Assembly: GCA_963665235.2 (NCBI GenBank)
Contig: CAXXLX010000001.1
Coordinates: 1,824,001-1,888,000, forward strand
Length of the DNA stretch: 64,000 nucleotides
Direction of reading: 5' to 3'
Source: Candidatus Poribacteria bacterium
Lineage (GTDB): Bacteria > Poribacteria > WGA-4E > WGA-3G
Below the pieces are notes generated by a model. The model had not been told where the DNA came from and searched no databases. It saw only the letters and a list, made by a program, of their open reading frames with translations. A program made the translations under genes and the position numbers. Positions 46,329 through 55,970 of this stretch are shown piece after piece (within the stretch, counting starts at the first letter, position 1; each line of letters opens with the position of its first letter).

Positions 46329-47981
46329 CTACAAATTCACGATTTTTGGGGGGGTGTCTTTCGCCATGACAATGCGTTTTTGCCAATTTGCATCGTCTTT
46401 GTCAGGGAAGTCCGTGCGGGAGTGGGCACCACGGCTTTCGGTTCGAATGAGTGCCGCTTGCGCGATTATCCAGGCGACATTGAGCATATTTAACGTTTCA
46501 CATAATGCCACATCAGTCGTTTGAAGATATGTAGGTGAATTAGGGCTGAGACCAATCTGTGTCCCTATTTTCTCTAAATCGGTGAGGGTTTGTTCTAACC
46601 CTTCGCTGTCGCGTTCAATACCGACATTTTCCCAGAGCGTCTCGCGAATAGCGTTCTGTGTGATTTGTGTAACATTCTCAACCGATTCCGTTGTTACGGA
46701 AACCTTCGGGGCATGCCGACTCCTTTCATCCGGGGGTTGGTCCGATGTTTGAGACATCGCATAAGCAGCAGCGTTAGTGCCAGCACGTACTCCGAAGACG
46801 AGGCATTCTAAGAGCGAATTGCTTGCTAAGCGATTTGCTCCGTGTACGCCGGTGCATGCAACCTCCCCACATGCATATAATCCGTTGAGATTTGTTTCTG
46901 TATCGATATTTGTGCGGATGCCGCCCATCATAAAGTGTGCGCCAGGGCGGACAGGAATTAGGTCGATGGAGATGTCCAATCCGTAGTGTTTTGTCGTCTG
47001 AGTGATAGTCGGAAAACGTTTCTGGATAAAGTCCGCGGATTTATGGGTGATGTCAAGATAGACACATGGGAAGCCTGTGAGGTGCATTTCGTTTTGTATG
47101 GCTTGACTGACGATGTCTCGCGGTGCGAGTTCACCTTTTTGGTGGTATTTCTCCATAAACCGTTCGCCTCGGATGTTGATGAGTTGTCCGCCTTCGCCGC
47201 GTACGGCTTCGGAGATTAGGAAATTAGGCGCGCCATCAAGATAGAGGGTGGTTGGGTGGAATTGAACGAATTCCATATCTATCATTTCACATCCGGCGCG
47301 CCATGCTGCTGCAAACCCGTCTCCTGTGGCTACCTCCGGATTGGAGGTGCAGGGGTAGAGGCGGCCGAGTCCCCCTGTTGCGAGGATTGTCGCCTTGGCA
47401 TAGATGTGGACCTGTTCTCCGTTTACAATTGCGGAAATACCGTAGCATGTGATATTTTCATTTTCTACAGCATCTGTCAGCAAATCGATTGCAAAGGCGT
47501 TTGAGAGGACGCGGATACGTTCTGTGTTAAGGACGCGCTGCACGAGAACATCTGTTGTTTCGCGTCCTGTTGCGTCTCCTTTGTGAACGATTCTCCGTCG
47601 ACTATGTGCTGCCTCTTGTGTAAATTGGGGTAACGTGCCTTCCCAATCGAAGTCTGCTCCCCAGTCTAACAGCTCCGTTACGCGCGGTATTCCCTCAGCG
47701 ACCATTGTCTCAACTGCCTTGACATCACATAAGCCGTTCCCGGCGGTGCATGTATCCTCGACGTGGAGTTCTATAGTGTCGTCGACGTTCATGGCAACAG
47801 CGATGCCGCCTTGGGCGTAGAGCGTATTACTCTCTTTGAGCGTTGTTTTGGTGATGAGGGTAACCTGAGCGTTTTCACTTGCTGCAAGTGCGGCTCGCAG
47901 GCCTGCGGCTCCACTGCCGATGATAAGGACATCGGTATCCCAATTTGGATTCAACACAGAAAAATCTGTTTCGGTTTTCAT
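46329..47981 (-). CDS. nadB: L-aspartate oxidase
   Basis: GSGAAG, AQGGIA, EAAHSRRRI, QFHPT, LISEAVRGEG, ELAPRD, GVHGANRLASNSLLE, ESRGAH. Confidence 0.95.
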   Translation of the reverse strand: MKTETDFSVLNPNWDTDVLIIGSGAAGLRAALAASENAQVTLITKTTLKESNTLYAQGGIAVAMNVDDTIELHVEDTCTAGNGLCDVKAVETMVAEGIPRVTELLDWGADFDWEGTLPQFTQEAAHSRRRIVHKGDATGRETTDVLVQRVLNTERIRVLSNAFAIDLLTDAVENENITCYGISAIVNGEQVHIYAKATILATGGLGRLYPCTSNPEVATGDGFAAAWRAGCEMIDMEFVQFHPTTLYLDGAPNFLISEAVRGEGGQLINIRGERFMEKYHQKGELAPRDIVSQAIQNEMHLTGFPCVYLDITHKSADFIQKRFPTITQTTKHYGLDISIDLIPVRPGAHFMMGGIRTNIDTETNLNGLYACGEVACTGVHGANRLASNSLLECLVFGVRAGTNAAAYAMSQTSDQPPDERSRHAPKVSVTTESVENVTQITQNAIRETLWENVGIERDSEGLEQTLTDLEKIGTQIGLSPNSPTYLQTTDVALCETLNMLNVAWIIAQAALIRTESRGAHSRTDFPDKDDANWQKRIVMAKDTPPKIVNL

Positions 47982-47982
47982 A

Positions 47983-48414
47983 TTATCCTGTCGTGGGCGA
48001 AAAATTTTCACCCACTGGCATCACCTTGCCGGTGCCAGTTGCGATGAGGGTGCCATCACTGCGTTTAATTTCTGCCTTCGCTTCTACTAAGCGTCGGGAG
48101 ACCTTAACCCGTTCAGCGCGAACGAGCAGTTTCACCCCGGTTGGCGCGGGAGTGCGAAATCGGACCTCAAGCTGGGCGGTAACGGCCGGTCCGTTAAAGG
48201 TGCCTATCCCAATGTGGGTGATTGCTTCATCCAACAAGGTGCTGAGTATGCCGCCGTGTAAGACGTTTGCCCACCCTTGCAAGTGTTCCGAGGGGGTGCA
48301 TTCAATGCTGACAGACGCGCCAGCGTCGCTAATTTCCGGTTTGACTTGTAGACCGAATGGGTTCTCCATTCCGCAAACAAAACAGCGGTTATTGTTTTCA
48401 ATTGCCATTTTCAC
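47983..48414 (-). CDS. PaaI family thioesterase
   Basis: CFVCG.ENP.GL, LHGGILSTLLDE. Confidence 0.9.
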   Translation of the reverse strand: MKMAIENNNRCFVCGMENPFGLQVKPEISDAGASVSIECTPSEHLQGWANVLHGGILSTLLDEAITHIGIGTFNGPAVTAQLEVRFRTPAPTGVKLLVRAERVKVSRRLVEAKAEIKRSDGTLIATGTGKVMPVGENFSPTTG

Positions 48415-51067
48415 TTCCTGATTCGGTGAGCATTGCTAAGCTCCGGGCTAACTTTTGCTGTTCAGCCTGGAGTCGTTCTAGCTGTGCTCGCTTTTGGTTG
48501 ACAACTTTTTCTGGGGCTCGCTCAATGAAGTTTGGGTTCTCCAATGCTTTCTTCGCTGCCGCTACATCCTTGGCTGCCTTTTGATGCCGTTTCGTTAGCC
48601 GCGCTGTTTCCGCTTCAAGGTCGATAACCCCTGATAGTGGTACATATATCGCAAGTTCGCCTATGACAGCCTCTGCTGAAGCGGCGGGTTTCGGCAAAGA
48701 TTCGGCGATAGTGATTTTCTCCACGCGCGTAAAAGCCGGTAAGTACTGCTCGAGATAGGTTTCAAGCCGATTTCGAATCTCAGCATCTGGTGCTTGAATG
48801 TGAACCTCCACGGATGCACCGATTGGAACGTTCAGCTCGCCACGGATACTTCTAATATTCTCAATAACTCCCATAACAGTTGCCATTGCGGCTTCTGCTG
48901 TGGGATTCTCTCCTGTTGGTTTCGGCCACGGGGCGACGGTCACGGAGCCGTTATCCTCAGGAAGAGCACGTCGGTGTGGCAGTTGTTGCCAAATTTCCTC
49001 TGTTAAAAACGGCATAATTGGATGTAGCAGCCGCAGTGTCTGTTCCAAAACATCCGCTGCAACCCACAACGTTTTTGGTGTGTCTTTTGTAAGACGTTGT
49101 TTGGCAAATTCCAGGTACCAATCACAGAATTCGTGCCAGAGAAACGCATAGAGGGTTTGTGCGGCTTCGTGGAAACGGAAGTTTTCCAGGGCATCAGTTG
49201 TTGTTTTTATTGTGTGGCTCAAACGGCTGCGTATCCATTCAACCTCTAACGGCACTTGTTCCTCTTCTGTCCCTTCATCTTCGCTAATGGGATGCTTCTC
49301 CAAGTTCATAAGGATAAATCGCGCAGCGTTCCACACCTTATTTGCGAACCTTCTCCCCGCCTCAATCTGTGATTCGGGGAGCGGCAGATATGGGTTCGGG
49401 GTGCTTACGTTTATGAGTGCAAATCGGAATGCATCTGCGCCGTAGGCATCAATTGTCTCGAGCGGGTCAATGGTATTGCCTTTCGATTTGCTCATCTTTT
49501 GTCCCTTTTCATCGACAACAAGGCCGTGGAGGTAGACGGTATGGAACGGTACTTCGTCCATACATGCAAGTCCCAACATTATCATCCGGGCAACCCAGAA
49601 AAAGAGAATATCCCATCCCGTGACAAGTACAGATGTCGGATAAAAGGTTTCTAGGTCTGCTGTTTTGTCCGGCCATCCCATCGTAGAAAAGGGCCAAAGT
49701 CCGGAGCTGAACCATGTGTCAAGAACGTCCTCTTCCTGCCGAAAGTCGGTCGCGCCACATTCACACTGCGCGGGCGTATCCGTTGCAGCGGTGGGTTTTT
49801 CACAGGTATTGCAGTACCATATTGGCAGTCGGTGTCCCCACCAACGTTGGCGTGAAATCGGCCACGGTTCGATATTTTCCATCCAATGAAAAAAGCGGGC
49901 GGTCTCGCGTTCGGGGATAAATACAACCTCCCCTTTTTTAGTAGCTTCCATCGCCTGTTCAGCAAGCGGACGTACATTCATGAACCATTGCGGCGATATT
50001 GCCGGTTCGACTATTGTGTCACATCTATCATGATGCCCGACAGCATGTTTATGTGGCACAATTTTGACCAGATATCCCGCCTCTTTCAAATCTGTGACTA
50101 CCTGTTCTCGGCACGCCCATCGGGTTAATCCGACATATTTTTCACCTGCTGCATCGTTTATGTGTCCATCGGGTGTGAAAATCGTACGTTGTTCAAGATT
50201 ATGCCGCAAACCGATTTCGTAATCGTTGACATCGTGTGCGGGCGTAACCTTCAACGCTCCCGTTCCAAATTCGGAATCCACGTAAGCATCTGCAATTATC
50301 GGAATTTCTCTGTTATGAAGCGGAAGCATCGCTTTTTTGCCAATCAGGTGCTGGTAACGTTCATCCTCTGGATGCACAGCGACTGCCGTGTCGCCTAGCA
50401 TTGTTTCGGGCCGTGTCGTTGCAATTTCAAGGACTCTATCGGTGTCTATAACAGGATAGTGGATGTGATAGAAGTTGCCATCAATCTCAATCGGTTCGAC
50501 CTCCAGATTACTTACGGCCGTGTTGCATTGTGGGCACCAATTCACCATATAGGTATCGCGATAGATAAGTCCTTGATTGTAGAGTTGAACGAACGCGGTT
50601 CGCACCGCTTTAGACCGCTCCTCATCAAGGGTAAAACGTTCCCGTGTCCAATCACAAGAGCTTCCTATTTTTTGAAGCTGCTCGACAATGTACTCCGCGG
50701 ACTCCGCTTTCCACTGCCACATACGTTCAATAAATTTTTCGCGGCCGACCGTCTCTTTACTACTACCCTCCTCGGCGAGTTTTCGTTCCATGATGAGCTC
50801 TGTGACGATGCCAGCGTGGTCGGTGCCGGGTAGCCAGAGCACGTTGTATCCTTGCATGCGTCGCCATCGGATGAGGCAGTCTTGAAGCGTGTTATTTAAT
50901 GCGTGCCCGATGTGCAAGCTGCCCGTGATGTTCGGTGGCGGGATTACAATTGTGTAAGACGTTTTGTTATCAGGTGCCTTGGCGAGAAAGTAGTCACCTT
51001 TTAGCCAGGATTCGTAACGTTTTTTCTCAATATCCTGAGGTGCATAAATTTTCGGGAGATTTGTATC
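48398..51067 (-). CDS. valS: Valine--tRNA ligase (start codon defective in this sequence)
   Basis: PPPNITGSLHIGH, GTDHAGI, KMSKS, C-terminal coiled coil; frame is open upstream of 50917 to TNLPKIYAPQDIE, with no in-frame ATG/GTG/TTG before a TAG. Confidence 0.95.
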   Translation of the reverse strand, partial: DTNLPKIYAPQDIEKKRYESWLKGDYFLAKAPDNKTSYTIVIPPPNITGSLHIGHALNNTLQDCLIRWRRMQGYNVLWLPGTDHAGIVTELIMERKLAEEGSSKETVGREKFIERMWQWKAESAEYIVEQLQKIGSSCDWTRERFTLDEERSKAVRTAFVQLYNQGLIYRDTYMVNWCPQCNTAVSNLEVEPIEIDGNFYHIHYPVIDTDRVLEIATTRPETMLGDTAVAVHPEDERYQHLIGKKAMLPLHNREIPIIADAYVDSEFGTGALKVTPAHDVNDYEIGLRHNLEQRTIFTPDGHINDAAGEKYVGLTRWACREQVVTDLKEAGYLVKIVPHKHAVGHHDRCDTIVEPAISPQWFMNVRPLAEQAMEATKKGEVVFIPERETARFFHWMENIEPWPISRQRWWGHRLPIWYCNTCEKPTAATDTPAQCECGATDFRQEEDVLDTWFSSGLWPFSTMGWPDKTADLETFYPTSVLVTGWDILFFWVARMIMLGLACMDEVPFHTVYLHGLVVDEKGQKMSKSKGNTIDPLETIDAYGADAFRFALINVSTPNPYLPLPESQIEAGRRFANKVWNAARFILMNLEKHPISEDEGTEEEQVPLEVEWIRSRLSHTIKTTTDALENFRFHEAAQTLYAFLWHEFCDWYLEFAKQRLTKDTPKTLWVAADVLEQTLRLLHPIMPFLTEEIWQQLPHRRALPEDNGSVTVAPWPKPTGENPTAEAAMATVMGVIENIRSIRGELNVPIGASVEVHIQAPDAEIRNRLETYLEQYLPAFTRVEKITIAESLPKPAASAEAVIGELAIYVPLSGVIDLEAETARLTKRHQKAAKDVAAAKKALENPNFIERAPEKVVNQKRAQLERLQAEQQKLARSLAMLTESGSENGN

Positions 51068-51260
51068 AAAATATTCGGTGTGGAGACCCCCAGCATTTAT
51101 GCGGGGGAGGAAACACCGCTCCTATATTGAAAGTTCAAGCGTGTCGTTGTCCATCTTTTGAATGCAGAGAATAGTCCTTCATTAACACCCGCAAGGCGTG
51201 TTAGTCCGTATTTGTCGTGCTTTATCAATGTGTTTTTAACAAGTCCATCGCCTAATAAGG
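51068..51260 (-). mobile_element. Truncated remnant of the isrB element (3' end of isrB and right end)
   Basis: Near-identical to ~17975-18205 (TCGGTGTGGAGACCCC..GGGGAGGAAACACCGCTCCTATATTGAAAGTTCAAGCGTGT..GTCCATCGCCTAATAAGG) with internal deletions. Confidence 0.85.
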
Positions 51261-51323
51261 TTTAAAATCGTAGGTCATGAGGTGTACCACAAATTGACAG
51301 TTTGTGGTACAGTGAAACAGATG

Positions 51324-51892
51324 TTAGGTAAAGAGCGGTTCCACCCATCCATATTTGCGGTCATCTGTTTGATAGAGTAGGTTTATCTCCTGCGTTTCCG
51401 AATTAAAGAAGAGGAGGAACGTCTCATCGGATGCTTGGAGTTCCGTTGCTGCTTCTGTGACGCTCAGCGGTTTTGAAGCGAACTTATCTGGTACAGCAAC
51501 AATAGCGGGTGTGTCGGATGTATCCGCTTCTGCCTGCGGTTCTGCGGTGCGTCTTGGAGTTCCGGGTTTAGTTGAGCGACGACTTCTCGGTGGGGTGCAT
51601 GATGCCGTCTATCCTTCAGCCGTTCTTTGTATCGGCGTATCTGACGGATGACCTTGTCTGCTGCGCCGTCCAATGCGGCGAAGACCTCATTTGCGCTGTT
51701 TTTTGCGTAAAATGATACCCGCGGTGCCGTAACTATCAGTTCCACTTCGAACTGATGTTTTTCCACTTTGAGGACGACGTTTAGGGCTTGCATTTCGCCG
51801 AAACGGGCTTCAATTTTATCGGCACGTTTGAGGATGAATTCATGAATATCGTCGGTAATTTTCAGTTGATGTGCAGAATAGGTAATTTTCAT
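51324..51892 (-). CDS. hpf: Ribosome hibernation-promoting factor, long form, with a frameshift near 51550
   Basis: N domain MKITYSAHQLKITD..RQIRRYKERLK; C domain KPLSVTEAATEL..FLLFFNSETQEINLLY..YGWVEP in a shifted frame ending at TAA 51324-51326. Confidence 0.85.
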
Positions 51893-51956
51893 GTGTTGCC
51901 TCCTAGAAAATTATTGATAAAAGCATCGCGTTTGTGTTGCGGATACGCCTATATTA

Positions 51957-52106
51957 TAACCTAAGTTGCCGCCTATAAATTTTTAGACTTGGGAACGCCG
52001 CTTTTAGTCAAAAAATGCTGTTAATTGTCCCGTGAGCTTCCTAGTTCGCGCCCTTATGGAAGACCCAAACTAGGAAGTTTATGCTACTATGTGGCAACTT
52101 GCGTTA
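51957..52106. mobile_element. MITE with TAACSYAAGTTGCC-type TIRs and TA flanks
   Basis: ta|TAACCTAAGTTGCC...GGCAACTTGCGTTA|ta; contains one AAACT..AAGTTTATGCTAC REP-like unit; an end copy is also present at ~19439. Confidence 0.7.
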
Positions 52107-53915
52107 TAGGTGGTGTTTCCTTTGCTGTGAAGAAAGAATTCCGAGTTCGTCACGATATTTTTGAACGGTTCGCCTTGCTACAACAAAACCTCGGTCCTTC
52201 AAAGACACACTGACCGCCTCGTCGCTTAGCGGTTTGGCTGGGTTTTCGCTCCCTATTATCTCTTTAATCACCGATTTGACCCGCGCGGTAGACACTGTGT
52301 CCCCGTGTGTGGTGTCCAATCGGTTACTAAAGAAAAACTTTAAAGGAAAAATTCCGTGTGGTGTTTGCACATATTTATTGCTGGTGACGCGGCTCACTGT
52401 AGATTCATGCACTTCCGCCATCGTAGCGATAGTTTTCAAGATTAAGGGTTTGATGCTATCGGGCCCTTCTGTTAGAAAATCGGATTGCACCTCAAAGATA
52501 GCTTGTGTGATGCGGACAATAGTGTTCCCGCGCTGTGCGATATTGCTGAGCAGGTCGGTGGCTTTGCTGTACCGTTTCTGTATCCATTCTTTTGTTTCCG
52601 CATCCAAAGTTTCGTTGTGATTATGCAGGAGGTCAGCATAGTACCGGTTTATCCGCAAACGTGGGATATGGTCGTTATTCTGAAGAATCTGATATTCTCC
52701 GTTAATTTGCAAAATTTGGACATCCGGTATAACGATTTGGCTGCCTCCTGGGGGGGCTGTCATAGTTCTGAGAGTCGGGTCGGAAAAGTATCGTCCTGGA
52801 TAAGGGGATAAAGTGCCAATCCATTGCGCGGCCCGGCGTATTTCAGCTTTGTCGGTCCCGAGGGCATCTTCGATAGTAGTAATATGGTTGTTTAAGAGGT
52901 CATCGAGATGATGTTTTATGATATTTTTTGCAAGTTGATATGGAGCGTTACCGTCTGTTGACGAATCTAAGCTACTGGTCTTAAAGTGCTGCGTTCGGTA
53001 CGTATCAATCTGTATACAGAGCGTTTCCTGTAGGTCGCGATAGGCGATACCGGTCGGCTCAAAAGTGTGCTGAATTGTGTAAAGAACAGATTCAACTTGC
53101 GACAGCGGACATCCGATTTTTAGTGCAATATCCTCTAGGGTAAGTTGATACAGCATCAGTTCTGTTTCCTGTCGCTTGACTGTATAAGTTTTTTTATTAG
53201 CGGTATCAACGAGTTGCCATCCGCTATATTTCCCATCTAAACCTATATGTTCAGGAGGTGCTGTTATTGGATAGATAGCAAAACCTGATTCTTTATCTTC
53301 CCGGTTAGGTGCTCTGTCTTCGGGCGTTAGGTTGCCGAGCTTTTTGGATAGCGTAGTGTCTAATTCCTCCGAGATGCTGCCCTGTTCAAAGTCCTCAGTG
53401 AATTTTAAGGGGAGGGCAAACAGTTTTAGTTCTAGTTGCCCATCGTCGTTTAAGTTTCCTATAATGAGTTCACCGATAGCCCGTTCAATTTCGGTGAAGG
53501 GTGCAAGCTGCAGTTGTCGATAGAGGTATTCATGAAGGGACAAAGTTTCAGCGATGTCTGGTTCCGGCGCGTCAGGGTCAACATACTGATTATTCATTTT
53601 CGGTGTAGGAACGCGCATATCGTCAAATGCATCGGACCAGTCCATATCGACGTATGCGTCTTCGCGGTCAATATTTTCGGGTTCACTCCACTCCGGGGGA
53701 GGGTCAAACTCTTCAAGCTGCTTTCCGGTTTCCTCTTTAATCTTCTCTGTGATTTCACTGTCTTCTTCAATTTCCAGCAGTGGGTTTTCCACTATTTCCT
53801 GTTCAATAAACTGGCGAAGCTCTAACTGGGGCATCAAGAGAATTTCAATTGCGCGGCGCAATTGAGGTGTCATGACAATCCGGTTGGATTGGTGCTGTGT
53901 ATGAGTAATTTGCAT
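52104..53915 (-). CDS. rpoN: RNA polymerase sigma-54 factor
   Basis: MTPQLRRAIEILLMP, NPLLE, IIGNLNDDG, HESTVSRVTSNKY, RpoN box ARRTVQKYR. Confidence 0.95.
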   Translation of the reverse strand: MQITHTQHQSNRIVMTPQLRRAIEILLMPQLELRQFIEQEIVENPLLEIEEDSEITEKIKEETGKQLEEFDPPPEWSEPENIDREDAYVDMDWSDAFDDMRVPTPKMNNQYVDPDAPEPDIAETLSLHEYLYRQLQLAPFTEIERAIGELIIGNLNDDGQLELKLFALPLKFTEDFEQGSISEELDTTLSKKLGNLTPEDRAPNREDKESGFAIYPITAPPEHIGLDGKYSGWQLVDTANKKTYTVKRQETELMLYQLTLEDIALKIGCPLSQVESVLYTIQHTFEPTGIAYRDLQETLCIQIDTYRTQHFKTSSLDSSTDGNAPYQLAKNIIKHHLDDLLNNHITTIEDALGTDKAEIRRAAQWIGTLSPYPGRYFSDPTLRTMTAPPGGSQIVIPDVQILQINGEYQILQNNDHIPRLRINRYYADLLHNHNETLDAETKEWIQKRYSKATDLLSNIAQRGNTIVRITQAIFEVQSDFLTEGPDSIKPLILKTIATMAEVHESTVSRVTSNKYVQTPHGIFPLKFFFSNRLDTTHGDTVSTARVKSVIKEIIGSENPAKPLSDEAVSVSLKDRGFVVARRTVQKYRDELGILSSQQRKHHL

Positions 53916-54094
53916 TTTATTCTTCATCGGACCGCTCGGCACAAACTAACAAGTTTATGCCCCTGTCTCCCATAGATACCGAAGGGCGATGTTCTTACGC
54001 GCTTTGCTCTGTCTTCGTCTGTTGTGTTGTCTGCCCGTTTGATAGCGTCTCATGCTCAGGAGCTCGCGCCTACCTTTGAGGCAGCGGGTTGAGG

Positions 54095-54859
54095 CTATGG
54101 TCCATCTGCCGTTGTGTTCCGCTGTTTGCCGTAAGGGAAGTTGTGACCGAAATAGAGTTCTCTTGCAACTTCACTGTTCAGTAGTTCATCAGGCGTACCA
54201 TCCAACGTAATTTTTCCATTCGCAATAAGATACGCTCTGTCAACAATATCAAGTGTTTCAACAGCATTATGGTCCGTAATAAGAATGCCGAGGTTCCGCT
54301 CGCGTAAATGCAAAATGAGATGCTTAATATCTGCGACAGCGATAGGGTCAATTCCTGAAAGTGGTTCATCTAATAGTATAAACGCTGGTTCCGCCGCAAG
54401 GGCACGCGCAATTTCAGCACGGCGGCACTCTCCACCTGACAACGTGTAAGCCTTTCGGTCCAGGAGTTCAAATATACCGAGCTCGGATGTTAACTCATGA
54501 ATACGGGCTTCACGTTCAGACTTAGGCACCCCTTTCGCCTCTAAAATTGCCTCAATGTTTTGCTTGATAGTCAGTTTTCGGAAGATTGACGTTTCTTGGG
54601 CAAGATAGCCGATACCAAGCCGTGCCCGTTTATACATCGGCAAGAAGGTGATGTCCTTGTCGTTATATGTTATCCTACCAGCATTCGGGCGGATAAGCCC
54701 GACCACCATATAAAACGTGGTTGATTTACCGGCACCGTTGGGCCCAAGCAAACCGATAATTTCACCCTGCCGGACAGACAGGCTCACCTCGTTGACGACG
54801 ATAGGCCCTCGCCGCGTATAACGTTTCACGAGTCCATGTGTTTGAAGTTCTATTGCCAC
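54095..54859 (-). CDS. lptB: LPS export ABC transporter ATP-binding protein
   Basis: GLLGPNGAGKSTTFYM, LPMYKRARLGIGYL.QE.SIF, LSGGE.RR.EIAR, ITDHN. Confidence 0.95.
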   Translation of the reverse strand: MAIELQTHGLVKRYTRRGPIVVNEVSLSVRQGEIIGLLGPNGAGKSTTFYMVVGLIRPNAGRITYNDKDITFLPMYKRARLGIGYLAQETSIFRKLTIKQNIEAILEAKGVPKSEREARIHELTSELGIFELLDRKAYTLSGGECRRAEIARALAAEPAFILLDEPLSGIDPIAVADIKHLILHLRERNLGILITDHNAVETLDIVDRAYLIANGKITLDGTPDELLNSEVARELYFGHNFPYGKQRNTTADGP

Positions 54860-54956
54860 TATGTTGATACCTATATTCTATTGTTGGAAACCTATTGGTT
54901 TCTTGCCGAATGTGCATAAGAAAACCTGCGGCGTGTTTAACCCGACCTACAATATA

Positions 54957-55970
54957 CTATTCCGTTTCTTCCGGCGGTTCCGTGTCGTCAGGTTTTTCCT
55001 CTGTCTCGTCAGGTTTTTCTTCCGTGTCATCAGATTTCTCTTCTGTTTCTGTGGGGGGCGTTTCTTTATCTGTATCAGATTTTGAATCTGTATCCGCTTC
55101 TTTCGTTTCAGACGGAGCAGTTTTCTCTTCGGAATCTGCTTTCCCGGAGTCATCGGCTTTGCCTGTATCTTCTTTCGTTTTGGCAGGTGCAGGCTTTTCC
55201 TCAGCAGTGCCAGGTTTTGTATCACTAGTGCCGGTGCTCGGCTCCGTTTTTTCAGATTCATCGGTTTCGGCTGGCGTTTCAGGTACGACTTGTGTGATGC
55301 GCACCTCAAATTTAACACCCCCCTCGCCAGTCTGTTTTCCGGTTACCCGATTAAACGTGAAAACCTTGGTTTCAAGCCTATCCTTCTCCTGTAAAACAAC
55401 GACATCCCCTGTAAGGGTAATGAGATTCGTCAGGTTATCCAAGGTAGCATGGTTGCATGTAGCGAAGATGTCTTTATCTCGAATTTCCACGTTGCCCTCA
55501 GCGATAACCTCTTTGGTACGCCCGGTTTCCAAGTCATTTTTGAGCGTGACTTTATCTCCGTTGAGAAATCCGATTTCTTCACCTTTTCCGCCATCTTCTT
55601 TCTGTTCGTACCGTAGCATTTTGACATTTCCGGTAAAGATTATTATGCCTTTTGGCTCATCTCTCTCCGCGTTATCGGAGGAGCCGACAATGATTTCTTG
55701 AGTCGTTTGGGGCGGGCTGCTGTTGTTACCTGCGTCCGTTTTGCCCGAATTTGTCTCGGATTCGCCACTTTGGACTGCCTGCGGTTGTACTTCTTCCTGC
55801 TTGACAACGTCATCCTCTTTTTTTTCGGGGTTCGGGGCATCTTCTGCCCACACTGAGCACACTGTCAAACAGATAACTACCGCAAAAAGGGCTAATCCGT
55901 TCCCAATGAGTAGGGGTAGCTTCCACAGTACGTCAGCACTGCGTCTAGATAGGATTTTTATGCTAGTCAT
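54957..55970 (-). CDS. lptA: LptA/OstA family LPS transport protein with long acidic tail
   Basis: IFTGNV, AEGNVEI, ITLTGDVVVLQ jellyroll repeats; position between lptC and lptB. Confidence 0.75.
   Translation of the reverse strand: MTSIKILSRRSADVLWKLPLLIGNGLALFAVVICLTVCSVWAEDAPNPEKKEDDVVKQEEVQPQAVQSGESETNSGKTDAGNNSSPPQTTQEIIVGSSDNAERDEPKGIIIFTGNVKMLRYEQKEDGGKGEEIGFLNGDKVTLKNDLETGRTKEVIAEGNVEIRDKDIFATCNHATLDNLTNLITLTGDVVVLQEKDRLETKVFTFNRVTGKQTGEGGVKFEVRITQVVPETPAETDESEKTEPSTGTSDTKPGTAEEKPAPAKTKEDTGKADDSGKADSEEKTAPSETKEADTDSKSDTDKETPPTETEEKSDDTEEKPDETEEKPDDTEPPEETE

Noticed and set aside
51540-51560. Programmed ribosomal frameshift in hpf
   Set aside because: No slippery heptamer is visible, and another single-base loss nearby points to sequence error
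53145-53429. Intein in RpoN
   Set aside because: No N-terminal Cys/Ser or C-terminal His-Asn splice motifs
54895-55701. 268-aa Ser-rich ORF on the plus strand, and other long antisense ORFs such as 3633..4118, 7321..7761, 15756..16202, 40256..40789
   Set aside because: Shadow frames of well-supported genes on the opposite strand, with no motifs or RBS
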